DNA of 64,000 nucleotides from an uncultured Candidatus Saccharibacteria bacterium (GTDB taxonomy: Bacteria > Patescibacteriota > Saccharimonadia > Saccharimonadales > JAUPVS01). Under the pieces are notes generated by a model. The model was not told the origin of the DNA, made no database searches, and worked only from the letters and a program-made list of their open reading frames with translations. The DNA lies in assembly GCA_964627095.1 (NCBI GenBank), contig CAZVKH010000001.1:8451-72450 (forward strand), read 5' to 3'. The translations under genes and the position numbers were made by a program. Positions 49,189-57,291 of the stretch are shown here, piece after piece. Numbering within the stretch: position 1 is the stretch's first letter; the number at the start of each line of letters is the position of its first letter.

Positions 49189-49398
49189 TCACAGTTCGGG
49201 CTCGGGCGTATCCTTCCTATGCAGTATCAAGTAGAGTATTGGCAATAAGCCGGCGGTATTTAGAACTAGCATACACATGAACCAGCCAGTTTGATAACGC
49301 CGGGCTGACCGCCACAGACCGATTCCTTTCCATACGACATCCCAAAGTGCCACTGCAACTATTACCATTGCCCAGCCTAGCGATAATGAATTGTCCAT
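49189..49398 (-). CDS. Small two-TM membrane protein
   Basis: 69 aa, hydrophobic. Confidence 0.35.
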   Translation of the reverse strand: MDNSLSLGWAMVIVAVALWDVVWKGIGLWRSARRYQTGWFMCMLVLNTAGLLPILYLILHRKDTPEPEL

Positions 49399-49422
49399 TT
49401 TTACCTCCTTGTTGGTAGTTTT

Positions 49423-49815
49423 TTATACAATCCGGGCTAACTTGCGCAGCTCTTTGCGGTGTGAAAAACGAGGATTGTCGGTAATAACTTCGCGGGTCGG
49501 GATTATCCGCCCGCGCAACTTGTGGTCGTTCGGCAAACCACTCAGTAACAAATAGCCCTGCCAGTAACGGCCGCCAACTTCTAGTTCCAGGTGGGTCAAA
49601 TCAGAGGCATAGGCTTCATCTTCGACTTCGTACAATCGATAGCGCCCCAAGCCAAGCACACAGTCTGACTTATGAGCGTTATGTGAAGTTACTAAAATTT
49701 CACCGATTCCCTTAGCGTCAACCCAGGCAAATACCTTTTTGTCTAAATATAAAACTTTGGTGTGATGCTGGGTTTCGATAAGCTTATAGATGCCGTTAGC
49801 GCGTAACCGTATCAT
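49423..49815 (-). CDS. Hypothetical protein (130 aa)
   Basis: Overlaps the upstream gene by about 20 nt (operonic). Confidence 0.4.
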   Translation of the reverse strand: MIRLRANGIYKLIETQHHTKVLYLDKKVFAWVDAKGIGEILVTSHNAHKSDCVLGLGRYRLYEVEDEAYASDLTHLELEVGGRYWQGYLLLSGLPNDHKLRGRIIPTREVITDNPRFSHRKELRKLARIV

Positions 49816-50278
49816 GATGTCCCTCGTGGTTTAACTGCTCGAGGCAACGTAGTTCGATGTATTCCGAGAAGTTGTTGGCACAACGCTCATTAAAAGTTCG
49901 GATCTTAAAGTCTTTAACACGGGTATGTAAGACAACCGTACTACCCCAACCAGCATGCGAGTAATTAATACCGCTCACAACGTCATAGGTAACCTCATCT
50001 TCGTTGACGAACAGTGGTTTTTTATCAAGGTAGATGATTCGCCTATCGGTCGCTACCAGGATCACAAAACCATCTAAGTTCTGGCCATAAACAAGGCCGC
50101 CAATATGCTCGTCGGCATGAACAATACTGGGCAAGTAACGGCTGGCGCCGTGTAGCAAACCAACCCGCGTCATACCTAGATCTTTAAGCTCTTGTATAAT
50201 CCGCCGACGGTGGTTCGGCATTTCTTTATTGCTGACATGTAGGTTGCGGTTATCCTTGGTGGCTAAAGCTGTGTACAT
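49796..50278 (-). CDS. Hypothetical protein with bacterial PH-like domain
   Basis: ATG at 50278 (MYTALATK…). YLPSIVHADEHIGGLVYGQ…GFVILVATDRRIIYLDKK resembles bPH_2. Confidence 0.4.
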   Translation of the reverse strand: MYTALATKDNRNLHVSNKEMPNHRRRIIQELKDLGMTRVGLLHGASRYLPSIVHADEHIGGLVYGQNLDGFVILVATDRRIIYLDKKPLFVNEDEVTYDVVSGINYSHAGWGSTVVLHTRVKDFKIRTFNERCANNFSEYIELRCLEQLNHEGHHDTVTR

Positions 50279-50360
50279 AATGGCCGTCCTCCTGCTTACA
50301 GTAAAGCAGTTGCCAAGCACCGTTACAGTGACACTAGTCAGTTGTTGCGTGTGATACCAA

Positions 50361-51005
50361 TCACAGCTTGAGTTTTTGCTCGATGGCCGGCAAATCTGTC
50401 ACGATAATTGCCTGGCTATTCACCTCTACCAAGTTAAGGTCTTTGGCTTTGTGCAATTCTCGGCTGACGGTTTCGCGTGATAAACCAGTGCGCGCCGCCA
50501 GGTCACCTTCTTTAAGTGGTAATTGGTAGGTGCTAGTTTTGACTTTTAGGCCAAGCCGATGGCACTCAATAACCAGCTCGTACAGCAAGCGCGTTTGGGC
50601 GCTGCCCGACATCAACTGAACTAGACGCCCCAGTAGACCATCGGTGCCTTGATATAAACGCGCCAGTAGGTCGTACATAACATCCGGGTTGTCCTTTACA
50701 AACTTAACTGCAGCCGTGGCCGGGACAATATGTAGTTCGGTGTCTATTTCGGTTTTAAAGAAATACTTGTTGGGTGTTTTGTTTATAGCCCAAGACATTG
50801 GGAAAAAAGCTGGAGGTTTAAAAACATTAACAATTACTTCTTCGCCGCGGTAAGAAACATCGTACTGGCGAACCCGGCCTTTGGTGACATAAAAAATATG
50901 CTCCGGCTCTTCACCGGCAAACACCAAAATCTGGCCTTTTGGGTAGGTGCGTTGCGGGTAGGTTCTAAAAAACTGGTCAATTTTACTGGAAACTGCGGAA
51001 GTCAT
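50361..51005 (-). CDS. Crp/Fnr-family transcriptional regulator
   Basis: cNMP-binding domain plus C-terminal HTH (RETVSRELHKAKDLNLVE). Confidence 0.8.
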   Translation of the reverse strand: MTSAVSSKIDQFFRTYPQRTYPKGQILVFAGEEPEHIFYVTKGRVRQYDVSYRGEEVIVNVFKPPAFFPMSWAINKTPNKYFFKTEIDTELHIVPATAAVKFVKDNPDVMYDLLARLYQGTDGLLGRLVQLMSGSAQTRLLYELVIECHRLGLKVKTSTYQLPLKEGDLAARTGLSRETVSRELHKAKDLNLVEVNSQAIIVTDLPAIEQKLKL

Positions 51006-51038
51006 ACTGTCTTCCTCCTACTCTGACTATAGAACTGT

Positions 51039-51854
51039 TTAGGCTGTCTGGCAATCAGGAGTGGCTGTTGCCAACCAGGCAGCTAATGACGTATTAAACG
51101 CTTCTTGCTTGATAGCCTTAGTATCTTCGCTGTAATTATCGAAGTCTGTTGGCTGTACTATGGCAAAAGCACGATTAATATACGCCGACCGGTCTGCAAG
51201 ATAACGCTTAACCGGAACATACTCGTCAGACCTCTCCATGAGAGCCACCACGTGGCCGCCGACTACGTCAGCAACAAGCCAGCGAAGCCCCAGCTCACAG
51301 TCGGTTGCCGTGTCGTTAACAACATGCTCGGAAGCCCGTATCGCTGTTCTTAGGTAGCCGACCCGCTCAACTGTGTTGAAGATTCTCCCCAATTTAGTGT
51401 GGTCATCAAAGACCACTTCTTCGGCGGCCTCAAAGATTAAGTCGGCCAAATGAGGCTGTTGTTGGGCGACATCTTCTATAATCTTGCGCAAATGGCCACG
51501 CTCTTGCGCCTCGTCTTGGATTGTTTTGTTGCTGTAAGTAATATCCCCAACAATCACTTCGGCCCAGTCATGGATAATGGCAGCAGCTTCTAGTACCTGC
51601 TCTTCGTGTGGCGTCATTAGCCCAGGCTGATCGCGACGCAAATTACGGTTCATAGCCCGGGCAATTCCTCGCGTCAGCGGCATGTGCAAAAGGTTGTTAA
51701 CGTCTGCGCCAAGTAGCTCTTGCCAACGTTCGTTAGTTACCCCTTCGGGCATGTAACGTTCGTAACGAACACGGGTCGCCAGCTCCTGTCCAAGATCAGT
51801 GGCGGCAAAGGCGTTGTGGATGTCCATGATGTTGGGTTGAATTTCGGTGCTCAT
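51039..51854 (-). CDS. Hypothetical HD-domain-like phosphohydrolase, leaderless
   Basis: ATG at 51854 (MSTEIQPN…). …AAIIHDWAEVIVGDI… HD-like motif. TCATGCTTGCA promoter upstream. Confidence 0.45.
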   Translation of the reverse strand: MSTEIQPNIMDIHNAFAATDLGQELATRVRYERYMPEGVTNERWQELLGADVNNLLHMPLTRGIARAMNRNLRRDQPGLMTPHEEQVLEAAAIIHDWAEVIVGDITYSNKTIQDEAQERGHLRKIIEDVAQQQPHLADLIFEAAEEVVFDDHTKLGRIFNTVERVGYLRTAIRASEHVVNDTATDCELGLRWLVADVVGGHVVALMERSDEYVPVKRYLADRSAYINRAFAIVQPTDFDNYSEDTKAIKQEAFNTSLAAWLATATPDCQTA

Positions 51855-51887
51855 ACTACTTTCATAGTCCTGCTTGGCTATTAATAT

Positions 51888-51899
51888 TGCAAGCATGAG
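51888..51899 (-). promoter_or_regulatory. Extended -35 motif CTCATGCTTGCA for the 51039..51854 gene (overlaps the ATG of the divergent thioredoxin gene)
   Basis: -35 TTGCAA, 17 nt, -10 GACTAT, then 9 nt to the ATG. Confidence 0.45.
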
Positions 51900-52407
51900 C
51901 ATAATAGTTTTAGGCTATACTTATAGGGTGAATAAAAAACTTTTGTTGGCCATTGCCGTAATAATCGTCGTCATAGGTGCTGGTGTTATTTACTTGCTAA
52001 CCAGTAGTGAGCCAGAAAAAGCCATGGAAACAGTTACTGATCAGTCGACAACCACGTCTACTAGCCCGACCACGCCCCCTCCAGTTACTGACAATTCAAA
52101 ACCCGGCGCCTACATTGACTACACCAGCTCGGCAATTTCTCAGACTTCGGGCACAAAACTACTGTTCTTTCATGCGCCGTGGTGCCCCCAATGTCGCGAT
52201 CTCGAAGACAGCATTAAGCAGGATGGCGTGCCAGACAGTGTGACAATTATTAAGGTCGACTACGACAGCAACCAGGCCCTCCGCCAAAAGTATGGCGTAA
52301 CCCTACAGACGACCGTGGTTAAAATTGATGATAACGGTAACTTGATAGATAAGTTTGTCGCCTATCAAGAGCCTAGCCTGGCGGCTGTAAAGCAACGACT
52401 GTTGTAA
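51895..52407 (+). CDS. Membrane-anchored thioredoxin-like protein (TlpA/ResA-like)
   Basis: WCPQC active site. N-terminal TM anchor. The ORF-track start at 51874 is TTG. ATG at 51895 preferred. Confidence 0.6.
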   Translation: MSIIVLGYTYRVNKKLLLAIAVIIVVIGAGVIYLLTSSEPEKAMETVTDQSTTTSTSPTTPPPVTDNSKPGAYIDYTSSAISQTSGTKLLFFHAPWCPQCRDLEDSIKQDGVPDSVTIIKVDYDSNQALRQKYGVTLQTTVVKIDDNGNLIDKFVAYQEPSLAAVKQRLL

Positions 52408-53147
52408 TGGCGCTATTGATTCTTTCATTTATCGCCGGTGTACTCACCATTGCGGCACCCTGCGTACTACCGTTGTTGCCGGTTATTGTCGGCGGTTCAT
52501 TGGTAGAGAATGACGAAGAAAAATCTACCCGTCAATGGTTGCGACCGTTAGTTATCGCTCTAAGTTTAGCCCTGTCGGTGGTTAGCTTTACGCTGCTTAT
52601 TAAAGCCACGACCGTTTTACTGGGAGTGCCACAAATTGTCTGGCAAGTTGTTTCGGGACTGATTGTGATTGCCCTAGGTATTAATTACGTCTGGCCTAAA
52701 GCTTGGGAAGTTCTGTCGGCCCGGTCTGGGTTATTTACCACTTCTAACGCCGCTTTGGGTAAGGCCTATAAACACAAAGGCCTGTGGGGAACCGTCTTAA
52801 TTGGCGTGGCGCTGGGTCCAGTCTTTAGTAGTTGTAGCCCAACTTACGCTCTGATTGTGGCGACGATTCTACCGGTTTCATTTGCGCAGGGTCTGATTTA
52901 CCTAATTGCTTATGCCTTGGGTATGAGCATCACCCTTTTACTAATTGCCTACCTGGGTCAGGTTTTCTTGAGCAAATTGCGTTGGTTGAGCAACCCCAAC
53001 GGCTGGTTTAAGAAATTTATTGGGATTCTTTTTATTACAGTTGGCATCTGTGTACTGTTTGGCGTCGACAAAAAAATCCAGGCCTACGTGCTTGAAAAAG
53101 GCTGGTACGACCCAATTAGCAATATCGAGAGGCGCCTCAGTAACTAG
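52407..53147 (+). CDS. ccdA: Cytochrome c-type biogenesis / thiol-disulfide transporter CcdA (DsbD family)
   Basis: Six TM helices, conserved Cys in TM1 (IAAPCVLPLLP) and TM4. Confidence 0.75.
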   Translation: MALLILSFIAGVLTIAAPCVLPLLPVIVGGSLVENDEEKSTRQWLRPLVIALSLALSVVSFTLLIKATTVLLGVPQIVWQVVSGLIVIALGINYVWPKAWEVLSARSGLFTTSNAALGKAYKHKGLWGTVLIGVALGPVFSSCSPTYALIVATILPVSFAQGLIYLIAYALGMSITLLLIAYLGQVFLSKLRWLSNPNGWFKKFIGILFITVGICVLFGVDKKIQAYVLEKGWYDPISNIERRLSN

Positions 53148-53181
53148 ACGCTCTAAATTATAAGTATATAATAGGCTTATT

Positions 53182-53715
53182 ATGTCAACTTTTGAACAAG
53201 AACGTCGTTCCCAGATGATCGATATTGCTACCTACCGGCAGATTAAGGAAATCGGCAAAGGCTTGGTGACTTTGTCGGGCGTGGCGTTTTCGGAAAAGCC
53301 CGACTATGACCTTGACCTTACTATAAGCCGCATCACCGACGAAACTTTTGGCGTATTCCCACAAATGGGTTACAAAGTTCGCGTGGCAAGCAAACAAACA
53401 CCGGAGGCAAACCACGAAAACCTATTAATTACCGTCAAAGGTTTTGGAGTAGTCGATAGCGAAGGTGAGCTACTCTACAGACGCAAAGTCGGGATAACAG
53501 TTATCGACCAAGAAGTTAAATATTCGTGGGTAGACCTTTTACTACCGCGTGATGGCAAAACACCAGAGAGAGCTCAGCCACAGAGTCAACTAGAGGCTGG
53601 CATCCGCGAACACTTTGAAGCATGGGAGCATGAAATCAGTGGACGACAATTTTACCTCGACCCGGAAAGCGCCCAAATGCTGATGGCCGAAATTCAGGAA
53701 ATCGCCGAGCTCTAA
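53182..53715 (+). CDS. Hypothetical protein (177 aa)
   Basis: No recognised domain. Its stop is followed directly by conserved element copy B. Confidence 0.45.
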   Translation: MSTFEQERRSQMIDIATYRQIKEIGKGLVTLSGVAFSEKPDYDLDLTISRITDETFGVFPQMGYKVRVASKQTPEANHENLLITVKGFGVVDSEGELLYRRKVGITVIDQEVKYSWVDLLLPRDGKTPERAQPQSQLEAGIREHFEAWEHEISGRQFYLDPESAQMLMAEIQEIAEL

Positions 53716-53731
53716 GGCTTTTGGCGGGGCA

Positions 53732-53830
53732 GGGCAACGCACATCTGCAGCCATGCTCGGAATATATTCCTGCGCGTGGCTTTGATGACCGAACCTGGGC
53801 TACGCCCGACGGTTCAAGTCTTCTCTGTGA
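53732..53830. other. tRNA-adjacent conserved structured element, copy B (candidate ncRNA/cis element)
   Basis: About 75 nt nearly identical to copy A. Helix 2 covaries (AGCCA/TGGCT versus GGCC/GGCC). Palindrome GGAATATATTCC. Confidence 0.5.
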
Positions 53831-53833
53831 CCA

Positions 53834-53868
53834 AGAAAAAAGACCCTTCTTGTGAAGAGTCTCTTTTC
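53834..53868. terminator. Bidirectional rho-independent terminator (A-run, GACCCTTC-TTGT-GAAGAGTC, T-run) 3' of tRNA-fMet
   Basis: 8-bp stem, AAGAAAAAA upstream, TCTTTTCTT downstream. Confidence 0.6.
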
Positions 53869-53943
53869 TTGGTAGCGGGGGCAGGACTCGAACCTGCGAC
53901 CTCGTGGTTATGAGCCACGCGAGCTGCCACTGCTCCACCCCGC
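53869..53943 (-). tRNA. Initiator tRNA-fMet (anticodon CAT)
   Basis: 5' CGCGGGGTGGAGCAG identical to E. coli tRNA-fMet. C1 is unpaired with T72. Anticodon loop CTCATAA. CCA encoded. Confidence 0.85.
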
Positions 53944-54024
53944 GTCGAGTTGAGCAAGCTATAGCATACCAGATGAAAGCTACTTATACAACATCGGTGG
54001 GAAATGTGGTAGAGTATCTTCACT

Positions 54025-54726
54025 ATGACCGATATGCTCGCTCCTTCAGCCGAAGCCGAAAAATTGCCAACAGATGACCCGACAACCATACTAGCACTTG
54101 AAGCACGCGACTTATTACTCGCCGCCAGCCAAGCCGAACCGGGCAGCCCGGATGAGGTAGCCGCCCTAGAGGAAGCCAATAGTCGCTTTAGCGAGCTGGT
54201 TAGCGAAACCCAGGAATTCCTTACCAAATTTGCTCTGAGCCGCCCCCACCCCAGGCATTTTGATGTGCAAGAAGTAGTCCAGGAAACCTACGCCCGAGCC
54301 TATAAGGGTTTACATAATTTTAGGGGTGACGCCAAGTTTTCTACGTGGCTATTTTACGTTTTGCGCAGCTGTACTGATAACTACTGGAGACGCGAGGCAC
54401 GTCACAACAATCAGCCCCTACCCGAAGAAGACGGTTCAGATCCATCCTTGGTTGGTAGTATTGCCGTGGTGTCATCATTAGATACTGGCGAGGTCGACAG
54501 CTTTTTGGACTACAGTAGCCTTTCGCCGGAACTAGAAGCAATGCTGGCCACTTTAAGTCCCAAGCAACAACAAGCTATTCGTATGCATGACGTAATGGGA
54601 CAAACCACTAAAGAATGTGCCGCGCAACTAGGTGTTAGTGAAATTAGTTTTAAGATGAACGTACACCGGGCTCGCCATAACCTACGCCGCGAATTCCCCG
54701 ATGCCAGAAACTGGTTAGAAGAATAA
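54025..54726 (+). CDS. ECF-type RNA polymerase sigma factor with ~55-aa N-terminal extension
   Basis: Sigma70 region 2 (…YARAYKGLHNFRGDAKFSTWLFYVLRSCTDNYWRR) and region 4 (…QQQAIRMHDVMGQTTKECAAQLGVSEISFKMNVHRARHNLRREF). Confidence 0.8.
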   Translation: MTDMLAPSAEAEKLPTDDPTTILALEARDLLLAASQAEPGSPDEVAALEEANSRFSELVSETQEFLTKFALSRPHPRHFDVQEVVQETYARAYKGLHNFRGDAKFSTWLFYVLRSCTDNYWRREARHNNQPLPEEDGSDPSLVGSIAVVSSLDTGEVDSFLDYSSLSPELEAMLATLSPKQQQAIRMHDVMGQTTKECAAQLGVSEISFKMNVHRARHNLRREFPDARNWLEE

Positions 54727-54728
54727 TC

Positions 54729-54756
54729 TTGACAAATTAGCAACTTCATGTATAAT
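54729..54756 (+). promoter_or_regulatory. Near-consensus sigma70 promoter TTGACA-16-TATAAT (with upstream TG)
   Basis: TTGACA at 54729-54734, TGTATAAT at 54749-54756. Confidence 0.7.
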
Positions 54757-54814
54757 ACTTAGTGTTGTCATGACAAAACAAACAACAAAATAAAACAACA
54801 GGAAACTACACACA

Positions 54815-54898
54815 ATGAAATCACAACTCGCCTACGAGTTCGCCCAAACCCAAGATCAGGCAGTTTCACAATTTGACGATCTAATCTCATCTTTGTAA
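54815..54898 (+). CDS. 27-codon ORF (MKSQLAYEFAQTQDQAVSQFDDLISSL) between its own promoter and terminator; micro-protein or small-RNA gene
   Basis: Shine-Dalgarno AGGAAA 8 nt upstream of the ATG. Bounded by a consensus promoter and an intrinsic terminator. Confidence 0.35.
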   Translation: MKSQLAYEFAQTQDQAVSQFDDLISSL

Positions 54899-54924
54899 AC
54901 CTACTCGATCAAACTCCCATAAAA

Positions 54925-54956
54925 GAGCCCTTTAAGCGCAAAGGGTTCTTTTTATT
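54925..54956 (+). terminator. Rho-independent terminator (GAGCCCTTT-AAGCGC-AAAGGGTTC + TTTTTATT)
   Basis: 9-bp stem including one G:U pair, followed by a T-run. Confidence 0.7.
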
Positions 54957-55034
54957 GCCGTTCGCCTTTCAGCTAGCTGGTCAACAGAGGCAAAACATGG
55001 TATATTCACTGCTGTCCATGTAACAAGTTTATAG

Positions 55035-55111
55035 GGCGGCGTAGCTCAGTTGGTTAGAGCACAGGACTCATAAGCCTGGGGTCACAAGTTCAAATCTTGT
55101 CGCCGCTACCA
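55035..55111 (+). tRNA. Elongator tRNA-Met (anticodon CAT)
   Basis: Closely resembles E. coli elongator tRNA-Met (…GTTGGTTAGAGCAC…CTCATAA…GGGGTCACAAGTTCAAATC…). CCA encoded. One A:G mismatch at 31:39. Confidence 0.75.
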
Positions 55112-55167
55112 AACTTATTTGATATCGCTTGTGTTTAACCCCGTTTGGGGTAATAATAAACGGTATT

Positions 55168-55842
55168 ATGGATATGGATCTTAAACCCCCGACGCAGCCC
55201 AAATATCAGCTTAAGGAAACTCCGCCACCCGGCGCAACGCCACCTGAACCGCAGATGGACGACCCCTTTAAAGTTGATCCGCCACCACCCGAACTAACCG
55301 TACCTAAACCAAAGAAAAAACGCAGCGGCAAAGCTAAAAAGGCTTTGCTGGTTATTTTAGTATTGGCTCTGCTTGGTGCGGCCGGCTATGGTATTTACTA
55401 CTGGCAACACCAGCAAGTCGACAAACTAGCTAAAGAAAACCAGGCTCTAACCGCCCAACTAGCTGCCGCCAATAAAAAAGCTAGTGATGCCGAAGCCGAG
55501 AACGCCAAGCTTAGCGAAGCAGCCACCCCGCCAACGGCCGATACTTTGGTAATTACGGCTGCTACCGCCGATTGCCAGGCCGAGGTTGACCCAGCCACTA
55601 AGAAGGCTTTGGTATACACCCAAGGCACGCAAGGCACTGACAAAAAGAAAGTGCTGTATTCGACTGATAAGACCTTTGCCAAGGTTAGCGCTACCTGTGC
55701 TGCCACCGCTAACGCCACCGAGCCAGCCACGCTGTACTATGCTAAATTAGCCGGTACTACCTGGACGGTCATCTATGCTGACACCGCCGAGCCCGACGCC
55801 GACGTAACTGCTTTGTACGCCATCCCAACTGAATTCAAATAA
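55168..55842 (+). CDS. Single-pass membrane protein with Pro-rich N-terminus and Ala/Thr-rich extracytoplasmic domain
   Basis: The ORF-track start at 55129 is TTG. ATG at 55168/55174. TM LLVILVLALLGAAGYGIYYW. Confidence 0.5.
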   Translation: MDMDLKPPTQPKYQLKETPPPGATPPEPQMDDPFKVDPPPPELTVPKPKKKRSGKAKKALLVILVLALLGAAGYGIYYWQHQQVDKLAKENQALTAQLAAANKKASDAEAENAKLSEAATPPTADTLVITAATADCQAEVDPATKKALVYTQGTQGTDKKKVLYSTDKTFAKVSATCAATANATEPATLYYAKLAGTTWTVIYADTAEPDADVTALYAIPTEFK

Positions 55843-55843
55843 A

Positions 55844-55876
55844 AGAACCGGCCTCTGGAAGCCGGTTCTTAATTTT
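55844..55876. terminator. Bidirectional terminator AGAACCGGC-CTCTGGAA-GCCGGTTCT + TTAATTTT
   Basis: 9-bp perfect stem between convergent genes. Confidence 0.7.
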
Positions 55877-55891
55877 ACGTTAACTCTTTAA

Positions 55892-56296
55892 TTAAGAGTC
55901 TTCGCGTAGCTCGCCACCATGAACGATCAATGCGTAAAGCACCAATACGTCGATCAGGATGGCAGCGAGTGACCAGACTGGGTAGGCTGGAATAAACGCC
56001 ATGCTAGTCAGCAATGATACAGTTGTCACGATAACGGCAACGATGCGACCAAACAAGTGGCCCGAAAGTACCGAGAAACCAGCGAACAATAGAATCATCG
56101 CCAAAACTAGTTGACCCCAGCCCCAAGCTGTAAAGTTAAAGACTGCTAGGTGCTGTTCGGTAACAACGTAGAATGAACTACGAGTTAATGAAACGATGCC
56201 CAGGAATGCCTCGAAAAAGGCGCGCACGATCAGAAGTATACCGGCAAAGTATACCCAGCCGACCCATCCAGATGGTTGTGTTGTTGGTTTAGCCAT
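55892..56296 (-). CDS. Hypothetical four-TM membrane protein
   Basis: 134 aa. Confidence 0.45.
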   Translation of the reverse strand: MAKPTTQPSGWVGWVYFAGILLIVRAFFEAFLGIVSLTRSSFYVVTEQHLAVFNFTAWGWGQLVLAMILLFAGFSVLSGHLFGRIVAVIVTTVSLLTSMAFIPAYPVWSLAAILIDVLVLYALIVHGGELREDS

Positions 56297-56361
56297 AAAA
56301 GCCCTCCTTAGTTGATGATTAAATCATCTCGCTTACTGGAATTTTTGTCAAGGAAGTTGCC

Positions 56362-56676
56362 TTAACGCTTATGCTTTTCAGTATGAGATTCGGCACGGGC
56401 TTGCATTTTTTGACCACGCTTCTTTACAAAGGCGTTTATAAAGGCACCAAAAATAGCAATTCCTAGCAGAATGTAGATGGTCGTAAATAACTTACCGGCA
56501 TCGGTTTTGGGCGTAATGTCGCCATACCCAACAGTGGTTAGGGTGACGATGCAAAAATAGTAGGCATCGACCCAGCCCCACTTTTCGACAAAGTGATAGA
56601 AAGCCATGCCAACCCCCAACACTGCGAAAGTAATGGTTAGTAGTAGCCTGTACATATAGCGGTCAAGTGGGTTCAT
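56362..56676 (-). CDS. Minimal two-TM potassium channel (pore domain only, TVGYGD selectivity filter)
   Basis: 104 aa: TM1, pore helix, TTVGYGDITP, TM2. Confidence 0.75.
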   Translation of the reverse strand: MNPLDRYMYRLLLTITFAVLGVGMAFYHFVEKWGWVDAYYFCIVTLTTVGYGDITPKTDAGKLFTTIYILLGIAIFGAFINAFVKKRGQKMQARAESHTEKHKR

Positions 56677-56691
56677 TGGTTTCTCCTGTAA

Positions 56692-57150
56692 TTATTTATC
56701 TGTCTGGCGATGTTGGAAAAAGTCCATCCAGGCTTGAAAGTTGCGCTGGAAAGTCGATACTACCACAGCTGGCTGAGCGGCCTTATTTTGCTCTTTGGAC
56801 ATATCAACAGTGTTGGCCAGCGCCACCCGCTTGGGCACCAAAACCAGTTTTTCATTAGGGGCGGCCTTGCCGAACTGGCGCCGGGCGGCTAGTTCCAGGA
56901 ATTGGTTGGTATTGTAGTACTGATTGGCTAGCTTTTGGTTATTATTCTGGAGATCCAGCACCTGGTTTTCTTGCTGTATAGCCGAGATTTGCTTTTGCAG
57001 GCCGTAGTTAGTCTGAATAGCCGAGATTGTACTCCAGCTTACTAACAGGGCAATGCCGGCAAAGATTAAAAGCCCCACCACGCGCACGTCTTGGAGTTGC
57101 TTAAAATAGGGATGGTTTTGGATATTTTTGATTTTACTGTTCATGAACAT
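56692..57150 (-). CDS. Septum-formation-initiator (FtsB/DivIC)-like single-TM coiled-coil protein
   Basis: N-terminal TM followed by a Gln/Asn-rich coiled coil. 152 aa. Confidence 0.4.
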   Translation of the reverse strand: MFMNSKIKNIQNHPYFKQLQDVRVVGLLIFAGIALLVSWSTISAIQTNYGLQKQISAIQQENQVLDLQNNNQKLANQYYNTNQFLELAARRQFGKAAPNEKLVLVPKRVALANTVDMSKEQNKAAQPAVVVSTFQRNFQAWMDFFQHRQTDK

Positions 57151-57211
57151 TTTTATTATACAATCCTTTGCCCAAAATCTGCTATACTCACTCTGTTAAT
57201 ACCACGACCAC

Positions 57212-57287
57212 GGGGGTGTAGCTCATCGGTCAGAGCAGGCGGCTCATAACCGCTTGGTAGATGGTTCAACTCCATCCACCCCCACCA
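57212..57287 (+). tRNA. tRNA-Ile2 (anticodon CAT, lysidine-modified type)
   Basis: Anticodon arm GGCGG-CTCATAA-CCGCT-TGGTA closely matches E. coli tRNA-Ile2 (GGCGA-CTCATAA-TCGCT-TGGTC). tilS is present in the window. Confidence 0.7.
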
Positions 57288-57291
57288 AATA

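Noticed and set aside
26793-53830. Copies A and B as attL/attR of an integrated element
   Set aside because: The 27-kb interval holds core genes (dnaK, ftsH, lepA, murJ, tilS, zwf) and no integrase. Copy C is inverted elsewhere. The repeats are not part of the tRNA sequence.
53636-53938. 100-aa minus-strand ORF spanning tRNA-fMet and element B
   Set aside because: It overlaps a tRNA gene, a terminator and the conserved element. Copies A and B fall in different frames, so it is not protein-coding.
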